49,574 bases of DNA from a virus. The notes beneath the pieces were generated by a model, which was not told the DNA's origin, searched no databases, and saw only the letters and a program-made list of their open reading frames with translations. The stretch lies in the IMG/VR virus record IMGVR_UViG_3300030320_000057, one strand, 5' to 3'. Below are positions 8,513 through 16,621 of the stretch, in pieces. The position numbers and the translations under genes are program-made. Numbering within the stretch: the first letter of the stretch is position 1; each line of letters opens with the position of its first letter.

Positions 8513-8528
8513 CATTGACTGCGGCAGA
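8513..8528. repeat. Left arm of 16-bp perfect inverted repeat (cattgactgcggcaga)
   Basis: The reverse complement is found exactly at 8670-8685. Contains the palindromic core ctgcNgcag. Confidence 0.9.
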
Positions 8529-8533
8529 GATAA

Positions 8534-8576
8534 AAAACCGCCCCGAAGTCTCTGCAACAAACTTCGGAGCGGTTGG
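8534..8576 (-). terminator. Minus-strand rho-independent terminator inside the switch region
   Basis: Minus-strand reading aaccgctccgaagt...acttcggggcggtt (14-bp stem) followed by TTTTTT. Confidence 0.7.
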
Positions 8577-8654
8577 AAGCGAACTCGTTTGCTAAATGGA
8601 ATACCCCTCTGCAACAGAGTACGCCATTTGGCGCGTAGTTTAACTCCCATGCTT

Positions 8655-8683
8655 ACCATACCACATATTTCTGCCGCAGTCAA
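8655..8683 (-). promoter_or_regulatory. Candidate leftward sigma-70-type promoter
   Basis: On the minus strand: TTGACT, a 17-nt spacer, then TATGGT preceded by TGg (extended -10). The -35 element lies inside the right IR arm. Confidence 0.55.
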
Positions 8684-8685
8684 TG
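8670..8685. repeat. Right arm of 16-bp perfect inverted repeat
   Basis: tctgccgcagtcaatg is the reverse complement of 8513-8528. The arms are 141 bp apart. Confidence 0.9.
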
Positions 8686-8934
8686 AATTCTCACACCGAA
8701 AGGAGGGCACATGACTTGGCATTGAAGGAACTTCGAGAACGTTCCAACCTGACCCGTGCACAGGTAGCAAAGAAACTGAATGTGGACTTGTCCTGTGTGA
8801 CGCATTGGGAACTGGGAGACTGGCGACCGGCACGGAAGTACCACAAGAAGCTGGCGAGGATGTACGGCGTGACGGTGGACGAGCTTCTTTCAGAAGATAG
8901 CAGCACCAAGAGAGAAAAGGAAGCTCTCCAATGA
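8683..8934 (+). CDS. Cro/CI-type XRE HTH regulator (rightward)
   Basis: HTH LTRAQVAKKLNVDLSCVTHWELG. An alternative TTG start at 8713 follows AGGAGG. Confidence 0.85.
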   Translation: MNSHTERRAHDLALKELRERSNLTRAQVAKKLNVDLSCVTHWELGDWRPARKYHKKLARMYGVTVDELLSEDSSTKREKEALQ

Positions 8935-9002
8935 TAGAGGGCGGCAGAAGCAAAGCCTAAAATAACTGTACACGCAAATTGAGTGAGGGGGGGGTGAAAC
9001 CG

Positions 9003-9167
9003 ATGAAAAGAGTGGTTTTAAGAAACGATGGGCATAACACAAAGCTGGAAATTGACGGTGTGGAAATACAGAATTTATACAGCGTAAAAATTGAAAAAAC
9101 ACCGGATAGCCCCATAAGAATAGAACTATCCGGCTCCGTGACTAATGAAGTCCTAGTTGAGATTTAA
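9003..9167 (+). CDS. Small hypothetical protein (paralog-like of 10948-11112)
   Basis: G-rich RBS. 54 aa. Confidence 0.55.
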   Translation: MKRVVLRNDGHNTKLEIDGVEIQNLYSVKIEKTPDSPIRIELSGSVTNEVLVEI

Positions 9168-9218
9168 TGATTTCTGTTACTACAGCTGATGCAATTTTAG
9201 AAAGGGGGAAGATACAAC

Positions 9219-9437
9219 ATGAGCACGGCAAAAGAAAGATTTGACGCATTTCCTTCTTATGAAAAAGAGGTCAGAGAACATCTTGGCGATGAAGGGGCCG
9301 ACAAGGCAAACGCCATTATCGCCATTCTTCAAATCGGAGACAAGCGGAGCGTGGCATATTCAAAAGCCATCCTCGCCGCAGCGGAGATGGCTCTTGAACG
9401 GAGGTCTACTTTTCCCAGCGATGGAACAGGTCAGTAA
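9219..9437 (+). CDS. Hypothetical protein
   Basis: 72-aa ORF preceded by a GGGGGAAG RBS. Confidence 0.6.
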   Translation: MSTAKERFDAFPSYEKEVREHLGDEGADKANAIIAILQIGDKRSVAYSKAILAAAEMALERRSTFPSDGTGQ

Positions 9438-9465
9438 ACGATAACCAAAAAAGGCGTTGAGTGCA

Positions 9466-9768
9466 ATGAATATCAGCTACCAGTACATTGACCCAGATAT
9501 GATTTTTACAAACAACCGAGTGGAAGTAGTTGAACGCATTCAGACCGGAGAGTGGGATTGTTCGCTCTGTCCGCAAATGTTCGGTTATGAGTCTGGGTGC
9601 TATGGGCTTTTCGTCCAAGATACGACCACAAAGAGAACGCGAGAGGAAGCCGAAGCGTGGCTTTCAGGTATTGAGCGGTCTGGAAGAAAAGCATTCAGCA
9701 ACGAGCCGTTTAACCCGGCTGATCTTCCGGCGGATATTCCGGAGCGTCTTCTTCCTTGCAGAACATAG
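9466..9768 (+). CDS. Hypothetical protein
   Basis: ORF 9457-9768. The ATG at 9466 is the likely start. Confidence 0.55.
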   Translation: MNISYQYIDPDMIFTNNRVEVVERIQTGEWDCSLCPQMFGYESGCYGLFVQDTTTKRTREEAEAWLSGIERSGRKAFSNEPFNPADLPADIPERLLPCRT

Positions 9769-9878
9769 ACTAAGATTGTCCAAGCCATCTGCGAAATTTT
9801 GGAGATTCCTGATCTTGGAGGTGATACCAATTAAGTTCTTTGAGCGATTTCGGCGGGATTGGGATTTCAGGCACACAG

Positions 9879-10289
9879 TTATTCAGACGGCAACGATTGT
9901 TGTTCTGTTTCTGACATGTATTGTTCAAATTGTTTGTCTTGCCTTATGTTCGTGAGTGTTCCATAGAGCGACAGCAAAAAGCCAAGAACTGCAATGACGA
10001 GAGCAAGCCAATCACGAAATTCATGCCAGAAGTGTGATCTCCTGTAAATCCAGTATCTGGACACTTCCTGTTTGGCAAAATAAGCATTTCTTGTATCGTT
10101 CCCGTATTCATCCTTTGGAGTAGGCGGGAAACGATCAGAAAGGCTTTCATCAAGCAATCCATAGGCTTTAAGAGCAAGAAACGCCCTTGTTTGGGTCTGG
10201 TCATCAAGTTTGGAAATCCCATTATTTTCAATGTATTTGAGCAACTTCCGCTCTTTTTTAGTTAACCTGATTTTTTCAATTTCATCCAT
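9879..10289 (-). CDS. Membrane protein, antisense moron in the early region
   Basis: 136 aa with an N-terminal helical domain and one TM (WLALVIAVLGFLLSLYGTL). Oriented opposite to all its neighbours. Confidence 0.7.
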   Translation of the reverse strand: MDEIEKIRLTKKERKLLKYIENNGISKLDDQTQTRAFLALKAYGLLDESLSDRFPPTPKDEYGNDTRNAYFAKQEVSRYWIYRRSHFWHEFRDWLALVIAVLGFLLSLYGTLTNIRQDKQFEQYMSETEQQSLPSE

Positions 10290-10435
10290 AAAGTAACCTT
10301 TCTACATTAAAAAGGATGCCCCGCCAGGTGTCGGAAGCACCCAGCGAGGCGGCAAACCTAATTGAACGACCCAATCAGGCTTGCAGGAAGATTGTACCAC
10401 AACCTCCTTCAAGCCGCAAGAAGAAGGAGGAAAAA

Positions 10436-10624
10436 ATGTCTGATTTGACAACAAAGGATTTAAGGCGGGATATTTCCCGTGTCAAGCGAGAGGTGGACAA
10501 GATAGACCGGGCAGCTCACGGCATGACATTTGAGGAGTTAATCCGGCTGCTGGCATTCCCTAAAAAGGGCGTTGCAGCGGACGAGCTGCTTTCCGATCAG
10601 GACATAGGACAAACAGGAGATTGA
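10436..10624 (+). CDS. Small hypothetical protein
   Basis: AAGGAGG RBS before the internal ATG of ORF 10316-10624. Confidence 0.6.
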   Translation: MSDLTTKDLRRDISRVKREVDKIDRAAHGMTFEELIRLLAFPKKGVAADELLSDQDIGQTGD

Positions 10625-10625
10625 A

Positions 10626-10778
10626 ATGGCGGTTTTTAAAACGATTGTGTTTATGATCTATATTTTATGTGCAGCATCCGCCACCCATTTTAAATATGAG
10701 AAAGAGAATGACGAGGCATTATGGTGGCTTGGGTGGGCTATCATTTTTTACATGACATTCGTTTCTTATGGATGGTGA
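10626..10778 (+). CDS. Small membrane protein (50 aa)
   Basis: Hand-translated as MAVFKTIVFMIYILCAASA...WWLGWAIIFYMTFVSYGW. Two hydrophobic segments. Confidence 0.5.
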   Translation: MAVFKTIVFMIYILCAASATHFKYEKENDEALWWLGWAIIFYMTFVSYGW

Positions 10779-10790
10779 GGAGGTGAAAGG

Positions 10791-10955
10791 ATGGCCGATG
10801 TAAAACTCAATGTTACGCTGAACGGAGTAGATGAAGCTCAGCGTAAAGCAGAGCTGCTTGAGAACACAATAAAAAGGGCCATGTCGTTGGCGGGCGACCT
10901 GGCTGGATTACTCAAGGATTTATCAGTTGAAGTTAGAGGTAAAACCGATGAATAG
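10791..10955 (+). CDS. Small hypothetical protein (54 aa)
   Basis: GAGGAGGTGAAAGG RBS. Hand-translated as MADVKLNVTLNGVDEAQRKAELL... Confidence 0.5.
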   Translation: MADVKLNVTLNGVDEAQRKAELLENTIKRAMSLAGDLAGLLKDLSVEVRGKTDE

Positions 10956-11112
10956 CTTTAAAGTAACAAAAGATCACCGTATTTTACTGAATGACGTGGA
11001 GATTGATCATGTTCTTGGCTTTGATTTTCACATTGAAGCAGGAGAAGACCCGGAAGTTGTTCTGCGATTCTTGGCGTCAAACATTGATATTGATGATTAC
11101 AGAGACTACTGA
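10948..11112 (+). CDS. Small hypothetical protein
   Basis: Overlaps the previous stop. Similar in size and pattern to 9003-9167. Confidence 0.55.
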   Translation: MNSFKVTKDHRILLNDVEIDHVLGFDFHIEAGEDPEVVLRFLASNIDIDDYRDY

Positions 11113-11264
11113 TACAAGAGCTAGGCGAAAGGAACAATAAAAAGCGGGCTGCCTCTGGAGGTAACAGAGGACAGCCCATGACACCACGTGAAAGGGCCAC
11201 GAGGTATCGGAGACAGTATAACACATCCTCCGGCCTCTGGCAAGAATAGGAGGATATTTTTAAC

Positions 11265-11531
11265 ATGAAAAAGGAACCGACAACAATTCAGGAATTAAGA
11301 GGTATGGCCCGGTACGTGAACCGCGAGTTTGATAATCTCTGCCGCGATTGGAAGGGCCGGACATGGGAGGAGGCACATATGAATTATTCGTTTGAAGATT
11401 ACCGCAGGGCGCTAGAGGGAGCTGGCCCCAAGTTGAAGGAATTGATTCTTGATCGGGCGGCACATGACCCTGGCATTCATTTGATGGAACTGAAGGAGCT
11501 GGTGTCCAGTGCATACCCAGAGGATGCCTAA
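11265..11531 (+). CDS. Hypothetical protein
   Basis: 88-aa ORF with an AGGAGGA RBS. Confidence 0.65.
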   Translation: MKKEPTTIQELRGMARYVNREFDNLCRDWKGRTWEEAHMNYSFEDYRRALEGAGPKLKELILDRAAHDPGIHLMELKELVSSAYPEDA

Positions 11532-11677
11532 AAAATCCCCCGCCGTGTTCGCAGCACGACGAGGGTAAGGATTGAGGCACCACACGACAATCCCTTTTAC
11601 ACTATATCACTTCCGAAGGGATTGGACAAGATGCAATCACATAAAATTTACCAAGTTCTTGAGGAGGTTAGTTTGCT

Positions 11678-11800
11678 ATGGAAGAAAATCTGGATTGCTT
11701 TCAGAAAGCGCTGATTTACTTAAAGACAAAGCGTTTGGAGCAGCTAGGCGTTACAGCAGAAATTACTGTTACAAAGGTTGAGAAAGATGACAACGATTGA
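11678..11800 (+). CDS. Small hypothetical protein (40 aa)
   Basis: GAGGAGG RBS 10 nt upstream. Hand-translated. Confidence 0.4.
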   Translation: MEENLDCFQKALIYLKTKRLEQLGVTAEITVTKVEKDDND

Positions 11801-11882
11801 ACTGGTTTTCGTTTTGATTGGAATAGGGACAGCCACAAGCTGGCTGTTCCGCCCAGTGGACAAGCTGGAGGGGCGGGCATGA
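11787..11882 (+). CDS. Small membrane peptide (31 aa)
   Basis: MTTIELVFVLIGIGTATSWLF... ATGA overlap with the next gene. Confidence 0.4.
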   Translation: MTTIELVFVLIGIGTATSWLFRPVDKLEGRA

Positions 11883-12394
11883 AGCGACGACAGATTCTTA
11901 CATATCTTTGCTTCGTCGGGCTTCTGGCAATCTGGTTAATTGGATTCCTGGCGCTGAATGTGGATGCGGAGCCTCCGCGCCCGGAACACACAAAAGCCAC
12001 CATGCCGGAGATCACATTGGACGAGCTGGAGGCGGCTGAAAATGAGCTTATTGAGTCTGCGCTGCTGGCCCGCTCAACCAAACTGGAGGACGTGACCATC
12101 ACCTTCTACTGCTGCGAAGAACGGCCCCACATCTGCGGGACAGGCTCCGGCATCACTGCCAGCGGACGGCGTGTGACTCCGTATGTGAGCTGTGCTGTAG
12201 ACCCTGCCGTGATTTCGCTGGGCAGCACCATCATGATCGAGCACAATGGCGAAATGCTGTATCTGCGGGCGGACGATACCGGCCCTGCTATCCGGGGAAA
12301 CAGGCTGGACATTGCGGTACAAGGTCATCAGGAGGCTTTATCTTTGGGCGTGAAAACGGCTGATATTTGGTGGTGCGAGGAAGGGGTGTCCTGA
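11879..12394 (+). CDS. Membrane-anchored/secreted 3D-domain (MltA/RlpA-like DPBB) protein
   Basis: N-terminal TM/signal LTYLCFVGLLAIWLIGFLAL. 3D-domain pattern TFYC...GTGSGITASGRRV...AVDPAVISLGS...ADDTGPAIRGNRLDI. Confidence 0.8.
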   Translation: MKRRQILTYLCFVGLLAIWLIGFLALNVDAEPPRPEHTKATMPEITLDELEAAENELIESALLARSTKLEDVTITFYCCEERPHICGTGSGITASGRRVTPYVSCAVDPAVISLGSTIMIEHNGEMLYLRADDTGPAIRGNRLDIAVQGHQEALSLGVKTADIWWCEEGVS

Positions 12395-12395
12395 A

Positions 12396-12632
12396 ATGAG
12401 CATGGAAAAGCTGATTCAGGACTCCGTTGATTGTAGGAAAGACCACAAGACATACGGGAAATGGAAGCCAGATCATCCTGGAGACCCACCGCCAAGAAAA
12501 GGACATCCATCAATTGGAACCCGGTACTGTGAGGTGTGCGGCGCAGTTCTTCGCCCCCGTCAGCACCACTTTTGCAGTGCGGATTGCCGGGACGTCGCAA
12601 CTAAACGAAATAAGCGAAAGAAACCAACTTGA
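12396..12632 (+). CDS. Small basic Cys4 zinc-finger protein
   Basis: CEVCG...CSADC, with a Lys/Arg-rich tail. Confidence 0.6.
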   Translation: MSMEKLIQDSVDCRKDHKTYGKWKPDHPGDPPPRKGHPSIGTRYCEVCGAVLRPRQHHFCSADCRDVATKRNKRKKPT

Positions 12633-12646
12633 GGGGGAGATAAAAC

Positions 12647-12808
12647 ATGTACCGCTGCATGATCTGCGGGCTTGAATTCGATCATCCGCTTCTGGTCATA
12701 CGTGATGAAATTGTGGATAGCGATGGAAACCGGGAGCGGCAAATCAAGGCTGTGTGCCCCTCCTGTTGGATGGGAGAACAATATTTTGAAAATACGGAGG
12801 AATCTTAA
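12647..12808 (+). CDS. Small zinc-ribbon protein (53 aa)
   Basis: GGGGGAG RBS. CMICG...CPSC. Confidence 0.5.
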   Translation: MYRCMICGLEFDHPLLVIRDEIVDSDGNRERQIKAVCPSCWMGEQYFENTEES

Positions 12809-12811
12809 AAT

Positions 12812-13756
12812 ATGGCAGTCAAGAAACCAGCTGAATTGGATTTCAGCAACAAGAAATTTATGATGATTATCAGCGGCCAACCCGGCCTGGGAAAGACTAC
12901 GCTGGCGCTGTCAGCCCCCAAACCGTTCCTGTTTGATACAGATAACGGAATTGCCCGCGTCAAAGCGGAACACCGCTGTGTAACTTCCACCACGGCATCC
13001 TATGAAGAGCTGTTGGAGGACATGAGCAGCGAAGAATACAAAGCTGCTGAGACCATCATCATTGATACCGGCGGCACCCTTGTTCAGCTGATGAAGTCGT
13101 GGGCCAGAAAACAGGACGCTAAAGCGGCAAAGGACGGCAGGGCTATGTACGGCGTGATCAAGACGGAGTTTGACCGGCTGTGCTGGCAAATCCGCAATCA
13201 GGATAAAAAACATTTGGTAGTCGTTTTCCATACTACTGAGCAGGCAAAAGGAGAATCCGTTCAAACCCGCATTTCCTGCGAGGGGTCCACAAAGGATATT
13301 GTCTGGACGCCAGCCGATTTTGGGGGCCATATGTTCATGATGGGCAGCAAGCGTGTCATTGGATTTACGCCTACAGAAGAATATTTTGCGAAAGGGTGCT
13401 TCGGTGTCTCCGGCGTCATGGAGGTTCCTATTCTGAAAGACGGACAGGCCAATACTTTTTTGACAGACCTTTTCAAATCCGCACAGGCAAGCATTGATTT
13501 GGAAATGGAGCGGTACAGTGAAGAAAAGGCGGCGTATGCGGCGGCGATGGAAACTGGCTTTGCCGCAATTGCCGCTGTGGAAGACCCGGAAAGTGCTAAA
13601 ACGGCCCAGGACGCGATTGAAGGAATTGCCCACGCGCTGACCAGCCAGGCGGAACTCCGCGCCGCGTTTAGGCGCCGCTTGAAAGAGGCCGGTTTGAAAT
13701 GGGACAAGGAGGCAGGCGCCTATGTCGTATTGGCTGACACAAAGTCTGCTAAGTAG
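12812..13756 (+). CDS. Sak4-like AAA ATPase (AAA_24, RecA-like recombination/annealing protein)
   Basis: Walker A GQPGLGKTT and Walker B TIIIDT. Typical position upstream of the nuclease and SSB genes. Confidence 0.85.
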   Translation: MAVKKPAELDFSNKKFMMIISGQPGLGKTTLALSAPKPFLFDTDNGIARVKAEHRCVTSTTASYEELLEDMSSEEYKAAETIIIDTGGTLVQLMKSWARKQDAKAAKDGRAMYGVIKTEFDRLCWQIRNQDKKHLVVVFHTTEQAKGESVQTRISCEGSTKDIVWTPADFGGHMFMMGSKRVIGFTPTEEYFAKGCFGVSGVMEVPILKDGQANTFLTDLFKSAQASIDLEMERYSEEKAAYAAAMETGFAAIAAVEDPESAKTAQDAIEGIAHALTSQAELRAAFRRRLKEAGLKWDKEAGAYVVLADTKSAK

Positions 13757-14354
13757 CTGGCGGTACTGGATGGAGGCGGGGGACGCTCAGGCGGACCAGG
13801 CCAGAGAGGCGTTTTGCTCTTCACTTCGCCGGGAAAAGCAGCCCAAAACGGACGCCATGCTGCGGGGCATCCGGTTTGAGGATGCGATCAACCGTGTGGT
13901 GGCCGGGAAGACTGCAGAACTGTCGGATGAGTACACGGAAAAAGCCGTCAGGCGGTTTTCACGCCTTTGCATGGGCGGACAGCCGCAGGTACCTATATCC
14001 GGAAACCTGTTTGTCAGCGGGCTTGATTTAACACTTTATGGCGTCTGCGACTACGTGAAGGCTGGAATCATCTATGACATCAAGCGTGTTTCCCGCTACG
14101 AATACGGAAAGTATCAGACAAGCCCACAGCATCCCCTGTATTTACATCTGCTTCCCAAAGCTACACGGTTTGATTACCTGATCTTTGACGGAAGATTCTG
14201 CTATCGGGAGACATACCGTCGGGGAGACTTCCCGCCGATTGAAACGACGGTGGATAGATTCATCCAGTCCTTGCGGGAAGCGAATCTGCTGGACGATTAT
14301 AAGACGTATTGGAATATGAACGAAACAAGGGAGGAATTGATTCATGGCCTTTAG
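13722..14354 (+). CDS. PD-(D/E)xK (RecB/Cas4-like) nuclease
   Basis: Motifs CDYVKAGIIYDIKR (D..D-x-K) and QHPLYLHL (QxxxY). Confidence 0.8.
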   Translation: MSYWLTQSLLSSWRYWMEAGDAQADQAREAFCSSLRREKQPKTDAMLRGIRFEDAINRVVAGKTAELSDEYTEKAVRRFSRLCMGGQPQVPISGNLFVSGLDLTLYGVCDYVKAGIIYDIKRVSRYEYGKYQTSPQHPLYLHLLPKATRFDYLIFDGRFCYRETYRRGDFPPIETTVDRFIQSLREANLLDDYKTYWNMNETREELIHGL

Positions 14355-14808
14355 AAGTGTAGAAAACGACAACGAGCTGATGAAAGAAGGAGAATACGAG
14401 GTTTATGTGAAAGACTGCTGCCGAAGCGAAACGCAAAGCCACATCCCAGTCATCAAATTTGAGTTTGTCGTCCGGGCGGATTCCGGTATTGAGCAGGCAT
14501 ATAAAAACAAGCATGTGTTTAAGAACTTTTTTCCGGATGAAGAGACCGGTAACTTCCCGGAGGAAAAGATCGGAAAGTATGCTAATGCGCTTGGCATTCC
14601 AAAGGGTCAGGAATTTGAGCTGGATGATCTGATTGGAAGAAACTGTGTGATCGTCATTAAACATTATACCAATGAAAAGACCGGTGAGAAAAAGGACTGT
14701 ATCTTTTATACAAAGACCAGCAAAGCGGAGCCGTACATGAACACAACGCCAGTTGGAGGACAGGATTTCGCAGATATTTCAGAGGAAGATGGCGAGCTGC
14801 CGTTTTAA
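14344..14808 (+). CDS. DUF669-like single-stranded DNA-binding protein
   Basis: Size, position and acidic tail ISEEDGELPF are typical of an SSB C-terminus. Confidence 0.7.
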   Translation: MAFRSVENDNELMKEGEYEVYVKDCCRSETQSHIPVIKFEFVVRADSGIEQAYKNKHVFKNFFPDEETGNFPEEKIGKYANALGIPKGQEFELDDLIGRNCVIVIKHYTNEKTGEKKDCIFYTKTSKAEPYMNTTPVGGQDFADISEEDGELPF

Positions 14809-14820
14809 GGCGGTGGGCAT

Positions 14821-15429
14821 GTGAGACGTGAACAATTTACTTTTTACCGCAGTTACTATGAGGCATTGAAGAACCTGCCAAAAAGAGACCAGACAGCGGT
14901 GTTGATGGCGGTCATTGGCTATGCTCTTGACGAAACAGAACCAGCCCTGTCCGGAGTTCCTCTTTCCGTTTTTACGTTGATTCGCCCAACGCTGGACAGT
15001 GGAAGGAACAAAGCAAAAAACCGCATGAACAAACGAGGAACAAACGAAGGCCAAAGCGAGAACAAACAGGAAACAAATCAGGAACAAACACGTAAAGAGG
15101 GAGAGAAAGAGAAGGAGAAAGAGGGGGAGAGTGAGATAGAGGTAGAGGGAGAGAACGATAGTTCTCTCCCCCCACCCCCCCTCTCCGGGGGGAGATCGAA
15201 ACGGTTTGTCCCTCCCACCGTGGAGGAAGTTCAAACATACTGCCGGGAACGAAACAACGGAATAGATGCCGCTGCCTTCATAGACTTCTATGCTGCCAGG
15301 GGGTGGAAGTATGGGCAAGGCCGACCGATGGTGGACTGGAAAGCGGCTGTCCGAACTTGGGAGTCCCGAGAGAAAAAGCAGGAAAATGGCGGAAATATCT
15401 TCCTGAAAATGTTGGAGGAACAGGAATGA
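14821..15429 (+). CDS. Replication protein (DnaD/replisome-organizer-like), GTG start
   Basis: N-terminus FTFYRSYYEAL, an acidic EKEKE linker, and C-terminus VEEVQTYCRERNNGIDAAAFIDFYAARGWKYG...DWKAAVRTWE, typical of phage DnaD-like C-termini. Confidence 0.65.
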   Translation: MRREQFTFYRSYYEALKNLPKRDQTAVLMAVIGYALDETEPALSGVPLSVFTLIRPTLDSGRNKAKNRMNKRGTNEGQSENKQETNQEQTRKEGEKEKEKEGESEIEVEGENDSSLPPPPLSGGRSKRFVPPTVEEVQTYCRERNNGIDAAAFIDFYAARGWKYGQGRPMVDWKAAVRTWESREKKQENGGNIFLKMLEEQE

Positions 15430-15965
15430 ATCAAACAGAAACCTTGCAGATTATGGCCGTTCTCCGCGGTGCATATCCGGCATTTTACCGGGATATGGTG
15501 CGAAAAGATGCAGAAAGTGTAGTCGCTCTATGGACGGAGATGTTTGCGGAGGAAGATGTTGCGATTGTGGCCGCTGCGGTTAAAGCGTTGATTGCAACGG
15601 ATGATAAGGGTTTCCCTCCGCACATCGGGGCTGTCAAAGCTAAGGTCCGGCAGATCACACAGCCAGCCGGGATGACGGCGCAAGAAGCCTGGAACCTTGT
15701 GGCAAGGGCCATTCGTAACAGCGGCTATGAGAGCCGGAAGGAGTACGACAATCTTCCGCCAGACATCCAGAGACTAGTTGGTTCCCCTGAACAGCTCCGG
15801 GACTGGGCTATGATGGACAGCAGCACGGTGCATAGCGTGGTTGCATCTAATTTCCAACGAGCTTTTACAGCGAGGCAAAAGGCAGACCATGATTACAAGG
15901 CACTGCCCAGGGATGTGCAGGAACTTGTCGGAACTATGGCAGAGAGGATGGCGCTGCATGACTAA
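15426..15965 (+). CDS. G39P-like replicative helicase loader
   Basis: LRGAYPAFY...ALWTEMF...FPPHIGAVKAKV matches the SPP1 G39P-type N-terminal pattern. ATGA overlap with the upstream gene. Confidence 0.7.
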   Translation: MNQTETLQIMAVLRGAYPAFYRDMVRKDAESVVALWTEMFAEEDVAIVAAAVKALIATDDKGFPPHIGAVKAKVRQITQPAGMTAQEAWNLVARAIRNSGYESRKEYDNLPPDIQRLVGSPEQLRDWAMMDSSTVHSVVASNFQRAFTARQKADHDYKALPRDVQELVGTMAERMALHD

Positions 15966-16302
15966 AACGATCAACAGCAAGCGCAAGGGAAAAGAGGGAG
16001 AGCTGCGTCTGGTCCACTTCCTGCGAGAGCAGGGCTATGAGTGCCGCAGAGCAGCGCAGTACTGCGGAAAAACCGGAGAGGCAGCGGACGTGATCGGGCT
16101 TCCGGGCCTCCATATCGAGTGCAAGGCCGTTGAACGGCTGAATGTTCGGGAGGCATTGAAGCAAGCTGTCAGGGACGCGGTTGCCTCTTTGATTCCCGTG
16201 GTATTTCACAGGCACAGCCGGGAGGAGTGGCTTGTAACGCTCCGGGCAGAGGATTTCATGACCATTTACCGGGAGTGGGAGGCTGGACGACATGAAAAGT
16301 AA
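15958..16302 (+). CDS. Holliday-junction resolvase-like PD-(D/E)xK endonuclease
   Basis: KGKEGELRLV...DVIGLPGLHIECK (D...ExK). Confidence 0.75.
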   Translation: MTKTINSKRKGKEGELRLVHFLREQGYECRRAAQYCGKTGEAADVIGLPGLHIECKAVERLNVREALKQAVRDAVASLIPVVFHRHSREEWLVTLRAEDFMTIYREWEAGRHEK

Positions 16303-16621
16303 AACGCTTCTGCGCGTGGTGGAAATGGCGCGGAGCGGATGCACAGACAGAGAGATCGGGAAAGCGGTGGGCGCTGCCCCATCGACGGTCAGCTACCACA
16401 GGAAGAAAGCCGGAATCGAGAGGGCCCGCGGTCAAACATACCACACTCTGTACACGCTCTATGACCGGGATGGGCAGTACCTGTTTGAAGGCAGCGTGAA
16501 GGAATGCGCAAATTTCCTGGAAATTCAGGAGCACACGGTCCGGGAATATCTGTCCAGATTCCGCGCCGGAAGGAAAACGCCTGTTGAGATTTACGCAGAG
16601 CCAGTCAGGAGGATGAGATGA
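16292..16621 (+). CDS. HTH DNA-binding protein
   Basis: ARSGCTDREIGKAVGAAPSTVSYHRKKAG is a sigma-r4/LuxR-like HTH. Confidence 0.7.
   Translation: MKSKTLLRVVEMARSGCTDREIGKAVGAAPSTVSYHRKKAGIERARGQTYHTLYTLYDRDGQYLFEGSVKECANFLEIQEHTVREYLSRFRAGRKTPVEIYAEPVRRMR

Noticed and set aside
8510-8953. 147-aa minus-strand ORF across the switch region and the cro-like gene.
   Set aside because: It is antisense to a clear XRE HTH gene. Its composition is Pro/Ser/Arg-rich, and it crosses a terminator hairpin.
11144-11177. 12-bp hairpin (gggctgcctctg...cagaggacagccc) as a terminator.
   Set aside because: No T-run follows it. It may be an RNA or protein-binding structure, but the evidence is too thin to call a feature.
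12911-13707. Minus-strand ORFs of 240 and 148 aa.
   Set aside because: They are shadows of the Sak4-like ATPase gene, which has Walker A and B motifs.
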